From the NCBI RefSeq assembly GCF_009914755.1, contig NC_060934.1: a stretch of 64,000 bases of DNA, one strand, 5' to 3'. The translations under genes were made by a program, and so were the position numbers. Source of the stretch: the human T2T-CHM13v2.0 reference genome, Homo sapiens. This document shows positions 53,356 through 64,000 of the stretch, piece after piece. Below the pieces are notes generated by a model. The model did no database searches. It was not told where the DNA came from and saw nothing but the letters and a program-made list of their open reading frames with translations. Every line of letters starts with the position of its first letter. The stretch's first letter is position 1.

Positions 53356-54450
53356 GTAAAACAAGATTGCTTACATTTCTCTAAATATACTTTTTCATTT
53401 AAAAAAAAATTTCCTAGATTTCTTCCCTTGTTAAAGTAGTACGTATTTTCAGTGATTGATAATGGAAAAGTATTTGGTGTTTTTTGAATGTCCTATTACT
53501 TGTCATTTTCCACTGTGATGAAAATTGTTTCACTAAAATTATATGCAGTAAAGGAGTAAGGACACTGCATGATAACTTACGAATTATATATTGCAAGTTA
53601 TGGATGATAACTTGCAGTGTTCCCTAGATGTTAAGAGTAAGTTTTCAACTGAGTTTCACCTTTGTCAGGCTTTTAGCATTATCTTGTATGTTGATCTCAA
53701 TAAATACTTTGATTTCATTGCTTTCAGAATACCATCAGAGTTTTTCTAGAGTATATGGAAAAATATAACATTTACTAATAAAAATGTTATGTGTGATTCT
53801 TGTAGAAAGGGCAAGAAATTTAGAATTAAGAAATTGTCTAGCCATTTTATATATAACCTTGGCAGGGTACTTGTGCTTACTCAGCCTAATTTTCCTCATT
53901 TGTAAAATGTGGCTGATGATGATAATGCCATATGTACTATTGCACATTATTCTTTTTTTAAAATCATCTGACTTGAAGATTCATATTGTACATTATTCTT
54001 ATCAAGATCAGATGAGATGAAAAAATGTAATAGTACTTTGTAAACCCTAAAACTCTATTATAACTGTATTTTGGTGGATGAAATTGTGATGAGGATGAGG
54101 ACAGTGAGTCTGTGTGACTTCATACTTTTCTAGCCACTTTCATGGGCATAGAAAACTTTTTTCTTGAGGACTGCATGAAGTTTTCTATATAATAAGGTTG
54201 ACAATGAATTTATTATACTATACTGTGAATACTATTCATTGGATTCCTGAGAAGTCCCTGTAGTTCCTCTTCACTAAGAATTTAGTAAGAACTCCTAAAA
54301 GTTAAACTATAGAATAGCCTCAGTTCCATCTTGGTCTGTGTTCTTTATCTGGGCTCTACTGATTTGTGTCTGTAGCCCATGTCAAGTGTATCTCTACATG
54401 GTATAACTTTTGCATATGCTTTAAAACATAATTTTATGTCTTCAAATCAG

Positions 54451-54575
54451 AATTGGAAAAATGGAAGGAAAAATGCAATGATTTGGAAACCAAAAACAAT
54501 CAAAGGTCAAATAAAGAACATGAGAACAACACAGATGTGCTTGGAAAGCTCACTAATCTTCAAGATGAGTTACAG
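54451..54575 (+). CDS. KIF20B: KIF20B exon 25
   Basis: (E)LEKWKEKCNDLETKNNQ...LQDELQ; CAG|gtatga; 125 nt. Confidence 0.95.
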
Positions 54576-55502
54576 GTATGACTTTATGTATGTTTTTATG
54601 TATGAATGTATCTGTCTTCATTATATTTCTAATAAGAGGAGAATTCAGTATTTTATATTTAGTAATTCACTTAGATATGGGTGAAATAATACCTGGCAAA
54701 TGTTAATATGTAAATATAACTTTTCAGTGCACATTGAAATGACATGGGGAAGAAATTCCAAGATATAGCCTATTAAGTGCCAGTGAAATATAGTGATTGG
54801 GTCCTTAGTTTTATGTTTCACATATTTAATTCATAAACCACTGCTTCTAATGTCCTTGTGCCCATTTTTCTACTCCTTAAACTTCTTACTCATCAAATAC
54901 TGCTGTGGAGAAAATGACCATCAGGAGAATTATTTTGATTACTTTAAATCTCTTCAAAGTTTAATTATTGGAATAGAATTGTATATCTGAACACATATAA
55001 AACTATACTATATAGAAGGTATTCTATTTTGTGTGTGTGTGTTTTTTTCTTGTTCAGCTTTAACATACAACATATGGGGGAAACTTTTTTTTTCATAGGA
55101 TTTACCAAATACTATTTCATTTTGTACATTTTATTAGAAGTGGCATTCATAACAGAAGCTGTAGGATTGAAGGAAACATAATAGTTTTGGGAGATTGTCT
55201 GCCTCTAAATTTTTTAAAATTCTGGCTGTGTATTAAACATATGCTGAAAACAAATACAAAAACTACTTTTTTTGTTACATATTATATATTCTAGAATTTA
55301 CCCTTTTCATTGTGAAATTCCAAAAGCAGTTAGAACAAAATAAATATTATGAAAAAAGTGTATCAACCGTATTGAGAATGTTTGCATTAAAAAGTATTTG
55401 TGTATTTTGCATTGTTCTAAGATGATGTAATCACATTAGTGTAGATTATAAACTTTGTAATCCTGGAATGGACTGCCATACTTTGTAATATAGTGATTTT
55501 AG

Positions 55503-55801
<299 letters not shown>

Positions 55802-56401
55802 TAGAAGTTTTTTAAGTGGTATTATTATTTTTATTTCAAATGAAGTTCTACTTGGGTTTTTTATATATATTATTAAATGCCTCTGAACCCAAAGAATCTG
55901 TGGTACCAGTTTGAAAATTACTGATCAGCAGTATTCTCTGTCCAGCTCTTCTGGATGTTCTTTTAATAAATATCCTGTTGCACAAGTTATTTTTTATTTG
56001 GCATCTCGTAGGCCCAGGAATATTTTATTTTTAGAACCATCCAGTTAGAAATGACCACCACAAACAAAGTCTTTTTTATTCTCTTGGCATTTAGGAAGAT
56101 TTGAGTCAGTTTAACTGTTTCAGAAATTTGAATTATTTATTTTTTCTTAAGGTCACTGATAAAAGTATTTAAATGGACTTCATAGCAAAATTAACTTATA
56201 AATGAAATGCGTTTAGGAAAGCAAACCAGTTATTTTATTATTTTTTAAATAATCTGAAGCTTTGATCTTGTCATTGTTTAAAGTGAAACATTAAAGTTTT
56301 TATAGAGGTGAAAAGTAATGGATTGTATGAAAATGTTATAGAAACATGTATTGACTACTTTGTAGGCATGCGATAATAACTTATACCATTTATATATACA
56401 G

Positions 56402-56557
56402 GAGTCTGAACAGAAATATAATGCTGATAGAAAGAAATGGTTAGAAGAAAAAATGATGCTTATCACTCAAGCGAAAGAAGCAGAGAATATACGAAATAAA
56501 GAGATGAAAAAATATGCTGAGGACAGGGAGCGTTTTTTTAAGCAACAGAATGAAATG
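56402..56557 (+). CDS. KIF20B: KIF20B exon 26
   Basis: ESEQKYNADRKKWLEEKMMLITQAKEAE...QQNEM; ATG|gttagt; 156 nt. Confidence 0.95.
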
Positions 56558-57213
56558 GTTAGTAACAATTGTATCTTTGATGTATTTCACCTACTTTCCT
56601 TGGTGTGTTAAATGTATTGCTGGAATTAACAGTTTCTACATGGTTTTCTGTTTTTGGTTTTTTAAAGGCAGGTTGTCATCTTTATAAGATAACTTCTGAG
56701 CCAATTTATCTTGACATTCACTAATGTTCTTGTTTTAACTTGTTTCAGTTGATTTAGCATGTTGGGAGAATACCTTATTGCTTCTTACTGTCTAGATACT
56801 GAAGTAAAAAATCTCTTCCTTTTGACCGTTACAGAGTATTCCCTATTATATTTTAAAACTTTCTGCATTTTGAACTGTAGATTCTAATACTGTGTACATT
56901 TTATCACATAAAGTCACCTAAATAGTTTGTAAAAGACTATATATATAGTAGAAATGACCTTCAGTTTTACATTTACTAGCTGTAGGTCTTGTAATGATTG
57001 TCTTAGCCTGTTCTTTTTTTCTAATTGGCACTTAGTCTGACATGCCATGTTGGCAATCAGAAAAAAGAAGCTAAACGTTATCGTTAATCCGAGGAAAGCT
57101 ATTGAGCAACAAATATTTTAAAATGAAAAACCAGTGTCTATAAAAATAGTAACTTCGCAGTATCATATTGTCATCTGTTGGCATTTCCTTTTTTTATGAC
57201 TGCATTTGACTAA

Positions 57214-57785
<572 letters not shown>

Positions 57786-58429
57786 TGAAATGTTAATTTT
57801 CAATAAGGTAAGGACAGTTTTTCCACTTTTTTTCTTCCCTAGCTTTAAAGCTGCTTTTAACATTGAATATTGAACAGAGTTGGCCAGTTTTTATTAAAAT
57901 GAGGCTGTTGTGAGCTAAACTTTCCAGCATGCTTGCTAAACTCCAGACCATACATGTATTCTACTCCAGAAATCAAGCCCTTGGTTGAAGTGTGTGTCCT
58001 TTCTGAAGCTAGAGAGTCTACCATTGAATGCTCTGTCCTCATGTCACATGGTGTAAATTTGCTCCCATAAAAAAGTTTACTTTTTCATGAAATCATTTTA
58101 TTTACAGAATAAATTTTTTGAAATCATTTTATTTACAGAAAAGTTACAGAACTAGCACATAGAATTCCTGTATACCTATCACCCAACCTTCCTGACCCAG
58201 TAGTAAGAGGCAATAAGTAAAATCAAAACAGAAGGCTGTCACAGTTGCTCCAATTCCAAACCAGTGGTTTCTCTGGTAGCAATGCCAGCAAGTAATCCCA
58301 CTTTGAATTTTTAATCCTAGGGAAAGCTAGTTTACTCTTTTCTCTCATATGTTTCTTTATAATCATACTTAGGTTGTGTATGTGTCTGCCATACTTAAGA
58401 AACACATTTTTGATGTAATGTTAATTTTT

Positions 58430-58906
58430 GATGTAAAATTGTAACATATAACATGGAAAGGAAATAGAACATAGTTCAGTGAGTTATTGTGAAGCCAGTA
58501 CCCACTTAACTAATACCTATTTCAAGAAGAGAACACTGTTCCACCCCAGAAGCTCCTTCTTCTGCCTCTTTTCCAGTGGTAATAACTAATCTGTCCTTCA
58601 GTGTTACACTTCAGTTTTGTCTGTTTTTGGGTTTTATGTAAATTGAAATATATGAATACATTTGATTGTACCTGACTTCTTTTCATTCACTATTTTATGT
58701 TTGTGAGAATCATCCATGTTTCCATGCATGTATCTGGAGTTAGTCCACTTTCATTTCAGAATATTTAAGTGTATGAATAAACCACTGCTAATTCATTTTA
58801 ATGTTGAAGATATTTGGATTGTTTTCTGGTTTTGGCTGTTATGAATAAATTTTCCTATAAACATTTTTATACATTTATTTTGGTGCACATTTGCATATAT
58901 CTCTGT

Positions 58907-58971
<65 letters not shown>

Positions 58972-60270
58972 GACAATTGCTAGATGATAGGGTATATATA
59001 TGTGAAATTCTAGTAGAATGCTGCACTGATTTTCGAAGCAGTTGTACCCATTTATACCCCAACTAGTGTTGCAGTAGCTGTATAGTCCCACCAAGGTATG
59101 GTATTGTCAGTCAGTTTTTAAAATGGTTTTAATGTGCTTTTCCCTAATTACTGATGAAGTTGAAGATTGTTTCATTTGTTTATTGGCTGTGCCTATACAA
59201 GTTCCCTTACCTGTTTCTCTGTTGGATTATCTAGCTTCTTATTTGTAGGAATTCTTTATACTTTTCGGGATAGAAGCCCTTTTTGTAATGTGTTGCAAGT
59301 ACCTTCTTTCTATCTCTAGTTTGCTTTTTCTTTCTTACTGCCTTTTTATGAGTAGGAGTTCTCATAAATTATTATTGTAGATATGGTAGATATTACAATT
59401 ATTGTAGATAATTTTATTAGTATTATTGTAGATAATTGTCCCAATATTTTTCTTTATGAAGCCCAAGGACTTGAAGATGGTGTGTTATATTATTTCCTGA
59501 AAGCTTTGAAGTTTTTTATCTTTCATATTTAGATACTAGAATTGATTTTTGTGTTGGTGTGAGATAGTGGTCAAAGCTCTTGATGTTTGTTTTAATGTGA
59601 ATTACCAATTGATGTGGAAATATTTATTGAAAAGACTTTCTTTCTCACTGCTGTGCCACTTTTGTCGTAAATCATTTGCCCACGGGTTAATTTTGTATGT
59701 GTTGTAAGATTAGGGTTGGGGTTCTTTTTTTTTTTCATTTGGTTATTCTGTTGTTCCAGCCCCATTTATTGGGAAGATTGTCCTTCCTTTTATTTAATTT
59801 TTTTGCCACTTTTTTAAGTCAGTTGACCATGCATTTGTAGATCGTCTCTTCTGTCCCATTGATTTCTCTGTCTTTACATGCTGTCTTGATTATTGTGCTA
59901 ACTTGAAATTATAGATAATTGCTGTCATTTTGTTCTTCATTTTCAAAATAATTTTGAGTATTCTAGATGATTTGCATCTCCATATAATTTTTAGAGTCAC
60001 CTTTTCCATTTCCACACACATTCACACATACCTGAATTTTGATAAAAACTGCTTTTACTCTCTAGATCTATTTGGAGGAGACATCTTAACAATATTGAGT
60101 ATTTTGATCCTTCAACACAGACCAATCTCTCTATTTATTTAGGTGTTCTTTAATCTCTTTCAGCAGTATTTTATGGTTTTATACATTTTCTTTATCAGTA
60201 TTTCATGATTTTTGAACCTATTGTAAATGGTCTTGTTTTCTGTTTTCATTTTTCTGTTGTTTGTTGCTAT
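58430..60270 (-). mobile_element. Old L1M fragments
   Basis: 'gagaatcatccatg', 'gcagttgtacccatttatac', 'ttggaggagacatcttaacaatattgag'. Confidence 0.65.
58907..58963 (+). repeat. Compound (TG)n(TA)n microsatellite
   Basis: ~9 TG followed by ~19 TA units. Confidence 0.96.
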
Positions 60271-60597
60271 TACTGTAATTTTACCCACTAATTTTCCAAA
60301 CGTTGGCAGAAATGTTGATACTAGTTTGAAAGCTATAGCTGTAATTGTGTATTGAAAGAAGTTACCAGTAAGCTGATTTTTGGAATGAGATGGGATATGG
60401 ATAAAAATAACATGGACATTTAATTTATAAAATGATATGTGTTGTTTTATAGTTAAATATTTTATCTAGACTACTTAATTTGTCTTGTAATCTTGTTTGC
60501 AGCTATATTTATGGTGTTACATATAATAATTTCTAAACATTCTTAGATTCATAATATATCAAGGTTGATTTTAATATTTTCTTTATTTCCTGATTAG

Positions 60598-60774
60598 GAA
60601 ATACTGACAGCCCAGCTGACAGAGAAAGATAGTGACCTTCAAAAGTGGCGAGAAGAACGAGATCAACTGGTTGCAGCTTTAGAAATACAGCTAAAAGCAC
60701 TGATATCCAGTAATGTACAGAAAGATAATGAAATTGAACAACTAAAAAGGATCATATCAGAGACTTCTAAAATA
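60598..60774 (+). CDS. KIF20B: KIF20B exon 27
   Basis: EILTAQLTEKDSDLQKWREERDQLVAALEIQL...SETSKI; ATA|gtcagt; 177 nt. Confidence 0.94.
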
Positions 60775-62417
60775 GTCAGTAGTCTTTTTTGCTATGCCTT
60801 TTTAATTGAACATAGTAATTACTTAATTGACTAACTCTTAAAGAATAAAAAAGTGTAAGTCTCAATAGACCAAAAAGGAATCAGAGTATTTAAAATGTGG
60901 AAATTTTTCATGATTTAGAGTCTTGAAATTTATCATTAAGATTGATTTGTCAATCAATGACTGAGATGTAGCATTTTCTCCAATATTTTGGTTATATCTC
61001 TCAGTAATTAGAAAATATTAGTATTTCTAATTACTTTGGTAGAGTAATTAGAAAATCAACAATTTATGGTTTAGTCCCCAGTCTGCGTTTAAAATATGGA
61101 AATGTGATTCAACATGAACTCTTGGTGATTTTGAATACTTGGGCCCATCCTTAACTTTATTTTATAAAGATACAAATTATTTTGAAAGTAAGCCTAATGG
61201 TAGAGAGACATTATGAGTCATTCAGCTGTTACTTTTATATTACCTTGAGACTGGAAATCCTGAAAGAGGAGAGAATTGCCTTTTACAGATAGCTGCTTCC
61301 CAGTAAATAGAATCTGGGTACATCTGAAGCTAGTCTTTCTGGAATAATCTGTACTTAAAAATCTTCTGCTTTAAAGCCTTCAGACAATAGGAAAAATATG
61401 TATGTGTGTGTCACATCAAAAGACTATTATTGTAAGAGAGATTACTTGCTTTAAAAAGAGGTAGTATTGTGTTGTTTAATAATATATCCTAGAAAGTCAG
61501 AAAAACTAGGTATCAACTGCTGTCGCTGTGGTTTTGGGACCTTTGAGAAGAATTACTTAACATTTCTGATCTTTATCTAAAACAGGTAATAGTGTTTTCC
61601 TAACAGAGTTGTGAAATTAATGAAGATTGTAAAACAAGTAGCACAGTTCTTACTCCAGTGGAAATCAATATATGCTAGTTACTTTCCCTTTTATGAATTC
61701 AGTAGAGTCTTTCTTATTTGGCAGTAATGGGGAGGTGACATAAGAGGTTTACTTGACTTTTGATTTTGATGGCTGTGATGAGGAGGTCTGTGTTACAGTT
61801 TATTAAGTTTAAAAATGTAATCTATTTCTTTATAAATCGCCTAAGTAGAGTTTAGAAATAGAACTTTATGACTGAGAAAATAGGAGGAAGAATGTGCTGC
61901 AAGAAAAGATTTAGTTTTCCTTATGGTCTTTTGTACTGTAATGCTATAGTTGCATTCCTGAGAAGCCTCCAGTTTTTCAAAATTGTGTTATCAAAAGCAA
62001 CTGTTGGGATACTGAGCAATTCTAACTCAGTACAGACCTTGACCATGCCATTTAATGTGTGTCGTTCTCTATTTCCTCATCTGGAAAGTAGGAATAATGA
62101 TTTTTGCCAGACCTACCTGCAGAGTTGCGATGAAAGTAAAGCAAGAGAATGTGGGCAGAACACTTGGAAGTTGCAAGCAATCTTTCAAATTTCTCCTTAG
62201 ATCAGAGTCAATAAACTGGAAAGTGACCCAGCCTTTCCTGAGTATCTGAGGTTGAAAGAGAAATAGGAGGGCTAGGTGGTAATTAAAGGTGTCTTTACTT
62301 AGTAATTTCCATTGTTTAGTTTCATACAAATCTTGATTTTATATTCTTTATGTGAAGTTTTCTTCAATATATTTTCAGGTTACAATGCCCTGTTGCTTTA
62401 ATATTTCCTTACTTTAG

Positions 62418-62528
62418 GAAACACAAATCATGGATATCAAGCCCAAACGTATTAGTTCAGCAGATCCTGACAAACTTCAAACTGAACCTCTATCGACAAG
62501 TTTTGAAATTTCCAGAAATAAAATAGAG
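62418..62528 (+). CDS. KIF20B: KIF20B exon 28 (last exon found; gene continues)
   Basis: ETQIMDIKPKRISSADPDKLQTEPLSTSFEISRNKIE; GAG|gtgggt; 111 nt; no stop reached. Confidence 0.94.
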
Positions 62529-63384
62529 GTGGGTATTTGGCAGCACAGTCCACTTATTTATTCTCTTTATCCACTATTACTAAATAACACGTACAAGTAA
62601 GTTGCTGAAGATACCTTACTGCACAATTAGCTGTGTGTGCTCTGGGCTGTGTGAAAGAAACTAGAGGCTTTTGAGGAGAGGTGAAATTCTTTTGGGAGAT
62701 TATATGCCCAAATGATGTTAATCTCATCTTAAAAGCAGTAGATTTGTTAATAGAAACAAACTTGATGGTCAGAAATAGGAAATCCTACTAATGAGAAAAT
62801 AGGGATAATTTGCTCTCATAAAAGGTTGCTTTAATAAACATTGTGTTAAATAGTATTTTTTGGAATTGTATCCATTTAGTAGCTTTGTCACCAGTCTTCA
62901 ATAACAACTCGTGAGTTTCCTTAATTTGTATTGGGCTTAGGGTTCTGTGAACAACTTTGGATAATATAGAGATTCTTAGGTTGGATATGAAATAGATAAA
63001 AATTCTATGTTACTTAAAATTTTTGAAGATAAAATTACTTTTTAAATTTCTTTTTAAAACACATTTATTGGGAGCATTCAGAGTTGGGAACCTTTTTAAG
63101 CACTGAGGATACGAACATCAATAAGACATGATTGTCATCCTCAAGGAGTGAAGAATCTAGTAAGGTAGATACATAAGTGAATGACTTGTTTGATTTTACT
63201 TCATGGGCTAAGTGTTATAGTAGAAATATAAAGTGAGTACTCCAAGGAACACTGAGGAAGATGAAATGAATTTTGCCTGAGTGTTTGTGGAAATGGATTA
63301 AAGAAGGTGATACCATATTGTATCTTATGAATGGAAGCTTATTAAGCAGACAATGAGAAGGAAAAGTCTTAAAAAAAAAAAAAA

Positions 63385-63500
63385 GAAATGGGGTTTCACT
63401 ATGTTTCTCTGGCAGCTGAACTTGAACTCCCAGGCTCAAGCAGTCCTCCTGCCTCAGCCTCCTGAGTAGCTGGGACTACAGGCATGTGCCACCATGGCCA
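63385..63500 (-). mobile_element. FLAM/FAM-like Alu monomer
   Basis: Single Alu arm; TGAGAAGGA on both flanks. Confidence 0.8.
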
Positions 63501-64000
63501 ACTGAGAAGGACATTTTAATCTGGGAAAATAACATGAGCCATTCATTTTCTCTTGGTTTTTCCTTGACAGTTCTTAGTAGTTTCAAATAATTAGCACTAA
63601 CCTTGGGGACTAATACAAATCATAAATTTCACAGAAAAGTTTGAAGTTTATCCATAAACAAGGCTTAATTCTTGATTGCATGGACAAACACATATAATGG
63701 AACATTTCTTTCTCCATAAATTTATGTATGTTGTCCTAAAACCTCCTGGTTCCAATTTTCTAATTCCAGCAGTTATTTTATATTCCACAATTTGGGGAAT
63801 CATATTGTTAGGCTATTTTGTATGTTCTTGCCTTCATGTAATCGATATACTTAACTGGGCTGAAAGTCCAAAATGATTAATTCAGTTAACTGGTAGTTGA
63901 TTCTGGGAATTCCACTGGACTTAATTTGTGGTCTCTCCCTGTGGATTGGACCTCTCATGGCATGGTAGCTGGTCTGAGATGGGGCATTTTGAGGGTGAGT

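Noticed and set aside
59368-59435. TATTGTAGATA three times with variable spacers (array-like)
   Set aside because: Short AT-rich slippage repeats in an old L1; eukaryotic context and no CRISPR features

Overview
Human (or very close great-ape) genomic DNA containing the promoter and first 28 exons of KIF20B (MPHOSPH1/MPP1), a kinesin-6 mitotic/cytokinesis motor, on the + strand. A CpG-island promoter at ~3030-3830 has G2/M cell-cycle elements: two CCAAT boxes 33 bp apart and a tandem TTTGAA CHR. Non-coding exon 1 ends at 3577 and the ATG is at 7187. The 27 GT-AG coding exons I traced by hand splice into one uninterrupted frame of 4791 nt (1597 codons), with P-loop GLTNSGKT, switch I SSRSH, switch II DLAGSE, then a long coiled coil. 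The gene continues past the right edge. Introns are AT-rich and hold ~30 Alus, a 5'-truncated L1PA2-like insertion, old L1M/L2/MIR fragments, a solo MER50-like LTR, a MER21-like LTR and MER58/MER1/MER44-type DNA transposon remnants. Nearly all other ORFs in the track are repeat-derived or low-complexity. I found no new self-contained biological system. The best leads are an in-frame coding-like read-through past exon 19, alternative or poison splice sites, a near-abutting inverted Alu pair with a palindromic scar, an LTR 22 nt from a splice donor, and small template-switch scars. Repeat subfamily names and reference-allele comparisons are from memory and need checking.
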